Notes: generated by a model from the sequence alone, not told the origin. Positions 10,226-23,552 are shown, counted from the first letter of the stretch. The stretch is 64,000 nt of DNA from Piromyces finnis finn (GCA_002104945.1 MCFH01000018.1:186001-250000), one strand, 5' to 3'. Numbers and translations: made by a program.

Positions 10226-13200
10226 AAAAAAAAAAGAAAAAAAAAGCAATCAATATTCATAACGCTGAAAACTCATTTAAAAAAATATAAATATATATTT
10301 GTTTAAAACTAATAATTACCAAATAGAAAAAAAATAATAATAATAATAAAAATAAAAATAAAAATTTATACTATACTATACTATACAATAGAAAAGTAGA
10401 AAAAAAAAAAAAAAAAAAAAATTATCTATTTTTATTTGTATAATATATAGAACATAGTATTGATATTCTACCAAGAATAGTTTAAATAAAGTAGAAATAA
10501 AAAAAAAAAGTTTAAAAAAAATAGAAATATTAAAAATAGAAAAAACCAAAATAATAATTAATAAACCAATGTAAAAACGTAAAAACATATTATCAAAAAG
10601 ATATCAATTTAAAAAAATAAATTAAATCAAAATTAGAATATAATAAATGTTTAAAAATTAAAAAAATAGTTTCACCAAGTTCACATAAAAAATTAATATT
10701 AACACATATAATATTTCCTATTTTTACTTATCAAAACACTAAAAAAAATATTTAAAAAAAATAACATTTTTGTTTTTGTTTTTGTTTTTGTTTTGATTTG
10801 TTTTTTTATTTCATTTCATTTTTTATTTTTTTCTTTTTTTTATTTTACCATAGTTAATAATTACATAATATTTTTTATTTTGTGTAATAGATATAAAGTT
10901 TTATTATTATTTTGTTTTGTTTTCTTTTGTTTTATTTTTTTTAATTTGATTTATATATATTTCTAGAAAGGAATAAGATTATTTCGTTTTTATTTGTTTT
11001 CTTTTATTTTGGATTCATCTTTTTTTAATGAACAGTAAAAAAAAGAATGGAAAAATAAATATTTCTATTTATTTCTTCTTTCAAATTTTCTCCTTTCACA
11101 CAATCTATGGTAGACAGGGTCCAGAAGTCAGAACAGGTAGATTATACAATCCATAAATTCCAATAAAATATGATCTTCTTTTTATTATTCTATTATCCCC
11201 AAAAAAGAAATGAATTCCATTTTTTATATTTAGAGCAAAATCGCACTGTATCTTTTTTTTAGTTTTCTTTTGGTCTAAATAGAGCCCATCTTCTTTCAAT
11301 TAATTTATTGACTTTAAAAAGACTGAAGAAAAAAAGTAATTCGAGAAAATGTTTTCTATTTATACTTTTTTTTTTTGGAGCGTTATAAAAAAGAATTTAG
11401 ATAAATGAATATATTATCTTTAATAATTTAATAGCATTGTATTGATATTATTAATAATGAAAAGAAAAAAAAAATAATATTATAAATTAAACTTTTTTTT
11501 TTTACTTATTTATTTATTAAATAGAAAAAGATGAAAGTTGAATCATTTTATTATTTAATTTAAAAAATACAATAAACTACAATAATCAATAAATAATAAA
11601 TAATTGTTATTTTATTAAACTTTATTTATATTAATTTTTGCATATGGAAAAAAGTAGATAAAGAACAATTCACATATGCAATTTTAAAGTCATACTATTT
11701 TTATTATAAATAGACTTTTTTTCTATTATAATTACATTTATCCACATAATAAATTAATTTATTGTTAGTATGTTACACAATTGTATTAATATATTGTTTA
11801 TATACTAGAATAATAATGTAACTATGGTACAGAAAAAAATTTTCTTTTTTCATTTCTGTTTATAAATAAATATATTAAAAATTAAATTAAAAATTGTTCG
11901 AATTAATATAAATTTGTTTTTACAATATCAAAAAAGTAAAAGTAAAAGCCTAGGGAAATGAAAAAAAGCCAATAAAATTAAATTTATCATATTACAAAAA
12001 AAAATTTTTTTTTCTAATATTAAATCCAAATATTTAATTGTGATTAATGATGAATAATGATACATTGTGTAATAATATAATGTATTATATTGTATTATGT
12101 AATTATGTATGTATTGAATAGGTAATTGTATCATGGTAGGTGTAAAATTGCAAAGTTTTTACTAAAAACAACAGCAGTATAATAAACTAGATTAAAAAAA
12201 TAATAATAATAAAATATAATCATCCATAAAACAATTAAATTATAAAATAATTATAATTAATAATCTGATAATGACTTTTTCATTTTTTTTTTTTAACATA
12301 TTTAAAATACAAATAAATAAAATGTATAAAAAACTAAAAAAAAAAAAAAAAATAGTTTCTTTTTTTATTTTAAATATTAAAACTAATAGTTTAATAAACT
12401 TTTAGAATAGAAAATATATTTATGACTATATCATTTTTATTATCAAATATAGAAAATATATATTATAATTAAAAAAAAAAAAGTTGAGTAATTTTTTTTT
12501 TCAAACGTATTCATCATCACTTTCTATTAAAGAATTATTATTTTTAATTATAATGTTCTTTCTACATAATTTATAACATTCAAATTTAAAAAAAAAATGT
12601 TCATAAAATTGATAGCAATTTTTATTAAAAAAATTATTTACAAAAAATATATACTTTAGCAAACTATTTATTAGAAATAATAAAAAGTGTATAAAAATTT
12701 TATAAATTTTTTTTTTTTTTAATACAATTTATATATAACCTTTTATATTAACATATTAAGTATTACATAAAAATAGAATTTTGAACCACTATAGATACAG
12801 TACTACTTTTTTTTATTTTTTTTATTATTTATATTTTTATGTCTTTTGTTTTTTGCTTTTAAAAAATAAAAATAAAATAAAAAAAGAGAGAGACGCTTTT
12901 AATAATTTAAATTAATAAAAAAAAATATTGAATTAATATTAAATGTTTAATAATTATTAATTATTTTATATAAAATAAATAAAAAAAGCTATAATAAAAA
13001 ATATAAAAATTAATATTAGATTAAATAATATTATTTCTTTTTTTTTATTTATACTTTATTTGTGTAATAATTACCTTGGTAATATCAAATTAAAATACAC
13101 TAATAACCTAATCATACTTTTAATTTTTACTTAACAAAAAAATATTATAACTTTTTTATTTATTTTATATGAAATAATTAATAATTATATCAGTAATTAT

Positions 13201-13988
13201 TATAAAGAATCATTAAAAAAAAAAAAAATCAATTAAACCTTAATATATCAAAATGCTTTAACAGATATATTATTTTTTTATAAATATAACTCTATATTTT
13301 ATCATTAAAACTAATATGTATAATTTAATCCTAATCTTTCAAAATTATTTACATAATATATAATATGAATATAAATATAATTAATTCTTTAAATGTTTTA
13401 AATTAAAAAAAAAAGGACAATAATTATATTAGAGTATAGTTATTATTGATTTAATTTCCAATAAAGCAGAATTATAAATAGTATTAGTTATACAAACCTT
13501 TCTTACTTATCATATTATTCTTCAATATTAATTCTTTATTTTTTTCCAACAGAAATTTTTATTTGTTTCAATATTTATTAAGAGTTCTGTTTAATTTTCA
13601 TTATATATATTATAAGGTTTAAGTTTTGGAATAAATTAATTAAATATATTTAGTTTTATTAGAATCAAGGTATAGATATGATATACTGGTAATTATTTAT
13701 GAAATACTAGATTTTTAAGTGGAATAAAAATATTTGAATTTCTTAGGAATTTCTCTAACTAAAAAAGAAAAGTTCCTTTAAAATCATGTTGAAAAAAAGT
13801 TTTTAAGAGATAATATCTATGTATATAATTATAATTAATTGGAATAAGCTGTATCAGAGCAGATCATCATTGTTGTTTAAATTCCTTGATATCAAATTTC
13901 ATTTGATAATTTTTTTTTAATTTTTTTTTAGACTAGGAAGATGATACACTTCTTTACATTATATTAGATGATAATACTTGATATAATA

Positions 13989-14538
<550 letters not shown>

Positions 14539-14790
14539 TTTTTTTCTTTTTTATTGGCATCAGATATTTTTATACTTTATTATTAATTTAATTAAAATTA
14601 TAATGGATGTTATAATGCAATAAAAATAAAAAAATAAAGATTAAAAAAATCTGTTTAAATAAACACAAATTAATAAAAATTGGGTATAATGTATTTTAGT
14701 AATTTTAATTAAAGAAAGCCACTATTATACTAAAGTACAATGATTGTATTTGACTTTCAATGGGATACCGAGCCAAAGATCAAAATTTTG

Positions 14791-17700
14791 TCATGGAACA
14801 AAATTATGATCTCCATTGGTTGCGCTGGCCCTCCTGGCCTGTCTTACTGTTTCTTCAGCATTGACGCTCTTGGATGTTGCTTCAAACCTTTTGAACATTG
14901 ACCATTGCTGGCCAATAGCAAAAGGCATGATTTTGGTTAGAAGTTCCGCGGTTACCGTCAAGAATGGTGTTCCTTCATTAGTACCAGATTGAATCTGACG
15001 CTTACAAAGTTCTTTCCATTCCCTTGAATTGTAATTAATATTGTTAAAACTTCTTCCCCCAAGAAGGAATTTAAATATTTTACTGCACACACTAGAATAA
15101 TCATACACATTAATATTCACCGGATTATTATAACTATTACTATCATTAACTAAATTACTATCTAAATTAGAATTATTATCTTCACTATTGCTATCATTAC
15201 TAGTATTATTATTTCTATAACTACTATTGTTATTATTACTATTTCTATTATTACTATTGTTACTATTACTATTGTTACTATTACTATTGTAATTATTATT
15301 ACTACTATTGTTACTATTACTATTGTAATTATTATTACTACTATTGTTACTATTACTATTGTAATTATTATTACTACTATTGTTACTATTACTATTAATG
15401 TTATTGCTATCTCTACTGATATTAACATTTTCATTATTATTGATAGGACTATTGGAATTACGTTGACTGAAAAAATTTAGTAGCTGGACTATGGAAACAT
15501 AATATTTAATACGGATATCTCTAAATGTTGGACAATCTAATAACCAATGTTTAATACTTTGATCTCCACACTTGCAACATGGACAGTAGTTAGGACAAAC
15601 TGGATCAACAAATTTAGCAGCTTTGGCAACTCTAGCATCCAACTTGTATCCGCTTCTTGCTTTCAATAGCCAGTAGAAGCCATAGGCAAACTCTGGATAT
15701 TCATAACATAATTTAATAAAATCTTTAGTTTCACTAAATTTATTATCATCATAATATTGCGCTTTGATTGAATTCCCTTTGAGATCTTTCCAATAAAAGT
15801 TTTTAATTGCTTTAATATCTCCATGTTTCTTTAGTTTTTTATCAAGTGTCCTACTTGATTTGCACCACGTGTATTTTCTAAATTTAGGAATGTAATTGAT
15901 AAGGTGTGAGATAATACAATTTGAGTTTTTCCATTTGTTAAAACATCTAACCTGAGCTAACGCACATTTGGCTGACAATGGAGGAATATTCAAATCTTTT
16001 GAAATAGAGTATAAAGATATAAACGATACAGCTTTATGAACTCCGGCAATCCATCGTATTCCTTTGTTAACATGCTTCTGAGCAATCCTAGACCTAGCTT
16101 TGTTGGATCCAAGTAATGGTGCAAAGTATGAAACTCTGCTAATCACTTGTGAGTTAAGTACTAGCTTTTTGAAAGGAATAGGAATATTAGGATTTCTTAA
16201 GAATTTACTGACTGAGAAAAGCCCTTTCAAAACCTTGTTATTAAGAGCTTTAATTACTGGTTTAAGGGACAAATTCTTATCAAATGGAACACCAAGATAA
16301 GTATAGCAATCAGTAGTTGGAATGGGTTGTCCTGCTAAGTAAAATGTTGGATCTCTCTTGTTCTGATTTTCTATTGATTCAGGACGAATCACCATCGTTG
16401 AACATTTCTGGATACCAAATTCCATTTCATTATACAAGGCCCATTCATTAACTCTTCTAAGCATCTTTTTTAAGCATCCTCTTGTTGGAGCACAAATAAC
16501 TATATCATCTGCAAAAAGTCCACCACAGCATCGAGTGTCACCTAAACTGACTCCTAGATCTTCGCACTCTTTAAATATATCATTAATAAAGAGATTAAAG
16601 AGAATAGGAGAAAGAGGGCATCCTTGACGGACTCCTTTCTTCACATCAAAAGATTTCGAGAATTGTCCATCTAATTTGACATTAGCCTTAGATGTTAAAT
16701 ATAAATTTTTGATAAATTGTAAACTCTTACCTCGAATTCCTAAACAATCTAATTTATGGAGAATATTACCGATTGGGACTGAATCGTATGCTTTCCTGAG
16801 ATCTAAAAAGGCCAAATATGTCTCTTTATTATCTAATTGACGTCTACGGCATATTTCTTGGATTGAAATGAAAAGACTGATACTTTCTTCCTTTTTTCGA
16901 AAACCAAATTGTTCAGGTCTAATGAAATTATTCTTTAAACCATATTCTGAGATTCTAGTGGTGACAATTTTGGAAATCAACTTAATACCATTATTAATAA
17001 GTGATATACCTCGATAGTTATCACAATCTGTCAAATCTCCCTTCTTAGGAATAGAAACAATACTGGATTCATTCCATGAGTTGGGGAAGTCTCCATCCCA
17101 AATACGGTTGAATAATTTAAGAATAAAATTTAAACCATGAGCATCATTATCTGAAGTGGTATTACCGGAAGAATTATTATCTGTAGCATTATTAGAATCA
17201 TTACTTGATGGAATTAATGCTTTGTAAAATTCAATTGGAATACCATCCGGACCTGATGCTTTATAATTTGGAGTAGTGAGGATAGCTGACTTGACTTCAT
17301 CAATACTAATATCTTGGTTGATATCCCACTCATCAAGCATAGGAAGTGAAAAACGTTTATTCATTGGTTCTTCATACCAATGCTCCAAATCAAGACTTAC
17401 ACCACTTGGATCTGATGCAAGGTTTTCGAAATGATCATGCCACACTTCAAGTTGTTCTTCCGTAGCAACAACTAATTCTCCATTTTTATTTTTAATTGGT
17501 TGAGCAATAAAGAAAGAATCTTTTCCAATTTTTGCAGTTTTCTTGATCCATTTCCTGGCCTTCTTAGGATTATGACTCTTCATATACTCACATCCTGTTT
17601 TAATCCAATGAAGATATTCTTGTTTCCTAAATTCATTACATCTTTTGTGGATGTAATCAATGAGCTTACGGTAGATTTTAATTCTTTTAATAAATTCATC

Positions 17701-19413
17701 TATATCATAAATTCTTTCTTTTTTAAATCTCTTATACAACTTCATTTTGATTTTTTGAAGATTAAAAATTTGTTGTGAAATATGAAATGAAGACTTTATA
17801 ACATTATTTGCTGAGGTAATACTGAGCTCGTCTGCAATTGAAAAAGCAGTTGAAGTAAACTCTTTGGAAAGTTCATCTGTTGAAACATTAGGATCGTTGA
17901 ATTTTGCTGAAAGTATTTGGAATTTATTATGACTGAGAATAGATTCCTTTTCCTCAATACATTTTAATCTATTCCATTTCAGAATTTTCTTAGGAACATT
18001 AAAGTCAATAGAAAAATCATCCATAGGAATAATTTTACCATTAATAAGAAGTGGCTTATGGTCTGATACAGGATAAAAATTATTTATAAATGATGCTGAG
18101 TGAATAAGATCTTTCATCTTCGAATTGATAAGAGCATGGTCAATGTCGGAAGATTGATCACCTCGAGTCCAAGAGATAGTAGACCCTCTAAGCGGAAGAA
18201 TTTCCCAATCTCCTAATCCATTAGTTGATAACCAGTTGGATAATTTTACTTTAGACATATTAAAATCACCAACAAGAATCGATGGATGGGATGAATGAGT
18301 TTGTAACCACAAGCGAACTTCTAACTTTGCATGATCAACATAGATGTTGTGATGACTATGAGGCATATAAACATTTCCAATCGAGCATTTGAATCTATTC
18401 CAGAGACTAAAAGTATAAATAGAAATAATATACTTTCCAGAGAAGTTTTCAAGTGAGGCTTGACACGAATTGTGAAAACCTAAATATAAACCTCTCATTC
18501 CAGGAACTGATTCGTCAGCTTTCTTGAAAAAGTGTCTATAGTTTCGCAAAGTAACACGACAAGGATAATCTGTATTCGATCCAGAACCATTACCAGTTTC
18601 TTGGAAACATAAAAATAATGGTTTGAAAATAGCTGTGAAATAGCTAATGCTATCTCTCTTTTCGTGATTCCACCCATTGGTGTTCCAACTAAGACAAAAA
18701 GAAAAGTTATCAGGCTTGTTGGATGAGGAAGAATCGTTGCTATTATTATTATTATTAAAGTCATCGTTATTAATGGATGATGCATCAGAGGAATAAGTAG
18801 AACTATTATTAGATGGCTGTGAAACTGAAGAACTATCAACTATTGAACTGTTATCAGAGTTGATAGAACTATTAGAATTAATTGTTGAATGTTGAGATTG
18901 AAATTGTGTTTGCTGTAGATCTGGAATATTTTCATGATGGAAAACTTGTTGAAGATCTTGTTGAAGATCGGATTGTTGATGAGATTGTTGAACTGATTGT
19001 TGAAATGATTGTTGAAATGATTGTTGAATAGAATGTTGATATTTATTAGAAACTAAAATTTTACGTTTGAGAGTGGAAAAAGTGTATTTGTGATTCCTTC
19101 TACTACGAGCTGAAAAGGAAATTGAGGTAACTGAAAGTTTCTTCTTTAATATGTGTAAGATTTTAATACAATCTTTTGATGAACCATGAACCTTGACTAA
19201 GAAAAAGTGATCATTGAAAGTCTGAAAATATTTAACACTAATAACTGAATTAAATTTATCTTCTAGAATAACCTCGAGTTTTTCCCATAGCATATTTACT
19301 GACCATGATCGAATACCACGGATAAAGAAGGAGCGAATATTATCTAAGGGGATACCATAAGACCGGGTACCACATCTGATATAATTCTTATCTTTAATAT
19401 AAAGGACTGACAT
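14791..19413 (-). mobile_element. Apparently intact single-ORF non-LTR retrotransposon (LINE family A): RRM-like N-terminus, APE endonuclease, reverse transcriptase, CCHC zinc knuckle (1540 aa)
   Basis: APE motifs WNTNG, FQET, NVYMP, GDFN, DIDH, SDH. RT motifs ASGPDG, YRGISL, QFGFR, FLDLRKAYDSV, GVRQGCPLSPILFN, LFADD, YLG. Knuckle CPCCKCGDQSIKHWLLDC. No stops or frameshifts. Confidence 0.96.
15270..15390 (-). repeat. 36-bp tandem repeat inside the LINE-A ORF encoding (NSNSNNSSNNNY)x3
   Basis: Repeated peptide visible in the translation; Asn/Ser low-complexity insert after the zinc knuckle. Confidence 0.85.
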
Positions 19414-19711
19414 GATAATAAATTCTAATTAAAAAATATTGAATATAAAATAAATACTAATAAAAATTATAAATATAACGTATATGGAAAAAATCTGTCT
19501 CTCTCTCTCTTCTTAAAAGTACTGGATAGTACAAAAATTGTTACGATGCTTTGTTTAAAGTTTCTTTTTTTTTTTGAATTCTAGTTGTTAACTTTTTTTA
19601 AAAATTCTAGTTTTGGTTTGTTGTTAGTAAATTCGATTCGCTTTTTGACACTAAACTTGTTTGACTTTACTTATCATTAAATATTTAAATTTGTAAAAAT
19701 TTGAATCAAGA

Positions 19712-20115
19712 ATGTCGACACCAGAAAGCTTGTGAATAGCATTTTTACATGATGTAGAGTGAATCAGTCTCTTACAAGAACAATACAACAATAGCTACAT
19801 AAATATAAAAATACAATGCAAATGCTAAAGTTGACTACATTGGATTCTTACAAGAGAAGAGTAGTACTACAAGAATACATGAATAAAAGAAAAAATACAG
19901 CAACAAAATGTATTACTCTTCTAATTAAATACTATACAAACTTACCTGAATATCAAACATTCAACTTATTCATCAAATACTTAAATTCGATGGATAAATG
20001 TTTTTTAATCGCTCAGTACCATGAGCTTAGTCCTAATAATTTTCCCTTAAAGACTAACCAAGCATCCATTGCGCAATACTTGGATTTAATTCTTCCTACT
20101 CTCTCAGTACCATGA
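19712..20115 (+). pseudogene. Interrupted ORF divergent from LINE-A (MSTPESL*IAFLHDVE*ISLLQEQY... / MQMLKL...LSVP), function unknown, possibly a gag-like relic
   Basis: ATG at 19712, two TGA stops and a frameshift before the 99-aa ORF 19816-20115; coding-like composition. Confidence 0.3.
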
Positions 20116-20234
20116 GCATGAGTAGACCCCCTTGAGAAACTACATTTATTAAATAAATGAAGGCACGTTTCCAAGAGGGCACCAAGCATCCATTGCGCAA
20201 TACTTGGATTTAATTCTTTCTACTCTCTCAGTAC
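20057..20234. repeat. 54-bp direct repeat (20057-20110 and 20181-20234, one mismatch) around a 70-nt self-complementary spacer
   Basis: ACCAAGCATCCATTGCGCAATACTTGGATTTAATTCTT(C/T)CTACTCTCTCAGTAC read twice. Confidence 0.92.
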
Positions 20235-20425
20235 TGCAAAGTTCTTTCCATTCCCTTAAATTGGAATTGATATTGTTAAAACTTCTTCCCCAAGAAGGAA
20301 TTTAAATACTTTACTACACACACTAAAATAATCATACACATTAATATTCACTGAATTATTATGTTCCTTCAAATGTTTTTGTTCCGCTTTATTTGTAGCT
20401 TATCATAAGCTAAAGTTCCACCAAG
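20235..20425 (-). mobile_element. Chimeric LINE fragment: family-B piece joined to family-A piece
   Basis: 20235-20350 matches 15006-15130 of LINE-A in the same orientation; about 20355-20422 matches the reverse complement of about 2265-2335 of LINE-B. Confidence 0.85.
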
Positions 20426-22931
20426 AAGGAACGTTTTCATTTGATTATAAATATTTAAAGTATTATTTTTCTTAAATAAAATTTTTAAATAACTTCTTGA
20501 TAGTATATAAACACACTTTATAAAATTTATCTGTTAAAACTGTACTAATAATTAATTTAGAATTATACATATTGATTACCACAATCATGTACAATTCAAC
20601 TAAAATTCTTTACATACATTTAGTAAAAGTACAAATTATTATAAATTTAAAATTAATAATTATTCCCTTTTCTCTACTTAATTATTTTTCTAAAAAAAAG
20701 AAATAAAGCACCTTTTAAATAAAAATTATTAAAAATTTCCATTTACAATTTTTCTTTCTTTCAAGTAAAACACTTTTTTTCTAAAGTATTTTAAATCAAC
20801 ACACTTAATTCCTAAAAATTTACACATACACATTATATATTCAAATAATATTAAAATCTTCTTTTAGTTATTTTTTGGTTAATTTAATAAAATAAAGCTT
20901 TTTTAATTTTTTTTTATTTATTCATTTATTTTTTCTTTTTATAGTCTATTTATTCTATATTTTTAATATTTAATTTATTCTATTTTTTATTTTTTGTTTT
21001 ATTTTACTTTTTTTTATTTTTGTTTTTATTTTTTAGTTTTTATTTTTTTTAAAAAAAACAGCAATAATAATAGCTTTGTTTATCCTTTTTTTGGATATTC
21101 TCTTTAATTTTTATTTTGTTTTTTGTTGTATTATAGCTTTTTATTTCAACGAACTAAATTCAGCAGAAAACTTTAGAAATATCATTTTCTTCTTCTTTTT
21201 CCTTTTGGCAATTAAACTTCCAGCAGATAGAAATTAAGTTAGAGAATCCTAAGGAACCTTCCATCCGACATCTAATTAGCTTTTCAAAAGTCAAGGAGGA
21301 GAGATAATTTTACGTTTTACACATAGCTTTTTTCAGTTCTTAATTTTATTTTTTATTCTTCAGGGAAAATCATCCCTTATTAAGTTTTATTTTTTTATTA
21401 AAACTTAAGAGTTTATAAAAAACTGAAGAACAAAAATAATGCTTCCTTCCTTCTCTATTTATACTTTTTTTGTTATTTTTGTTTTTTGTTTCACATTAAC
21501 TGTGTTATGTGGTTACATATAACTGTAATAATTAATATATGTTTTAATATAATATCAATTAAAATTCCATGGCTTTGATAAAAAAATACATATTATTAAA
21601 AAAAAAATAAATATAAAATTTAAAAAAATAAATAAAAATAAAATAAAAAATTAATATTTTTTTTAGATGATAATTTTTATTTGTCATACCGTTAAATTAA
21701 TTTTATTTGTCTAATTTTTTTTAAAACCATTTAATTTTTAAAATATTAATATTAATATATAAATTTAAGATGGATGTTTTATTAAACCTTCCTAAAAAGG
21801 ATAATGTTAAAACTTTTTACTTTTCATTTTAATTAAAATTTTAGATTTTAATGTAAAATTTTAATTTGATATAAAACAGTAATGATGTTTATGTAATTCG
21901 GCTATTTACTATATTACAAAAAATAAATATTTATAATAATATTAAATACATATACAAACTTTTTCTTTTTTAATGTTCATATAAAATAAAAATTATATAA
22001 AAATATAGCCTTTAACTATAATATTTTTATAAATAATAAATAAAAAAAGAATTAATCTATTATTTATTATAATTATTTAAGACAGCAAAATAAATTACTC
22101 TAATATTATTTTAAAAATAGTTAAAAAAAATTGTCGATCTTTTATATAAATAAAAAAAAAAATTTAAAATTGGTGGTTTAAAATCAAGAGTTTAATTATT
22201 AAAGTTTGGATGCCGCAAAATTTAATTATCTTTGTACAATTTTTAAAACATAATTTATATCTTATATTATTAATTAGAAACCATTAAACCAAAGAGCAAT
22301 CGTTACTTTATGATGAATGAACCATAATAGGAAATACCTTAAATTAAAATATTAATGCTAATAATTATAAATTAAAATATTAAATGATAGTGAATCAAGA
22401 ATGAATATCTTTTTTAAAAATTATTTTATAATAATAATTATTAAAACAATAATAATAATGGATGTAAAAAAAAAATATTTATTAAAGTTAAATATTATCA
22501 TTTATACTTTCTATAATGATACATGTAACCCTTCTTAGTAGAAAATAAAATTTTAATATTAAAATATAAAACTTAATATTTATAATTTTTAACCATGAAT
22601 TTGATAAAAAATTACTAATATTTAGTTTAGTCATTTTGTAAATATTTTTAAAGAAAAGTAGAATACCAAATCTTTAGTTAGAGTTTTTTTTTTTTTTTGA
22701 AAAAAAATATTATTTGTCAATTATGTATATAATAATATAACAATAAAACGGCAGATTTTACTCTTTTAAATTGAAATTAATAAATTCTATTTAAATATGA
22801 AATAATACACTATAATAATTATTAATAAAATAAAATTAATCATAAATAATTATTTTTTTTTTACTTTAGAATAAATATTCTTCATAAATGGTTTTCTCTA
22901 CTATTTATTTTACTAATCTTTGATATAAACC

Positions 22932-23000
22932 ATATAAATATATAAATATATAAATATATAAATATATAAATATATAAATATATAAATATATAAATATATA
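22932..23000. repeat. (ATATAA)n-type simple repeat
   Basis: Direct reading. Confidence 0.85.
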
Positions 23001-23552
23001 TTTTTATAGCAAACAAACAAACAAAAAATACCTATTCATTCTTATTTTCTTAAACTTATGAAGCTCTTTTTATAGTATTACTCAATCTATATCATGTTTC
23101 ATACTTTAATTAAATTATTGACAAGTAGATATAATTTTAAAAAAATTAATATATCTGTTATATAGTAGTTAACCAATAAAATCATGGCGTTATGATTGAC
23201 TATAATACATCAAATGAATTAAATAATTTATTATAGATATATCATATATTTATCATACATTTTATTCATTTTTTGTATACATTAAATGTTTTTATTTAAA
23301 AGATTTAAATGGAATATCATCTTTTTTTATTATAACATAAAGAGAATAGATATAATTTATAAATTCTATTTTTGTTATTATTTTAATAAATATCCTATAC
23401 TTTGAGATTTCTGATGTAAAAACTATTAATTCTTTCTAAAAAAAATAAACCTTTTTTTTAAATGCAGCAAATATTATAAAAACATTATTATATTAATTTT
23501 AATTTTGATACTTTTGTTACCTAATACATAAAAAAAAAATTGAAAAACTTAA

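Noticed and set aside
11105-11299. 64-aa ORF loosely resembling a Ty3/gypsy RT thumb (GLYLDQKKTKKIQ...)
   Set aside because: Similarity too weak, with no flanking RT/RNase H/LTR evidence; the region is better described as non-coding island 1.
13849-13860. CTGTATCAGAGC resembling a copia tRNA-iMet primer-binding site (TGGTATCAGAGC)
   Set aside because: Imperfect match, with no LTR or gag/pol next to it.
15162-15434. Antisense/shadow ORFs over real genes (e.g. 68-307, 15162-15434, 36386-37027, 54945-55250, 57543-57830, 63396-63644)
   Set aside because: Opposite-strand or alternate-frame reflections of low-complexity coding sequence.
20057-20234. CRISPR-like or hammerhead interpretation of the direct repeat
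   Set aside because: Only two units, eukaryotic context with no cas genes; the CUGANGA core is absent.
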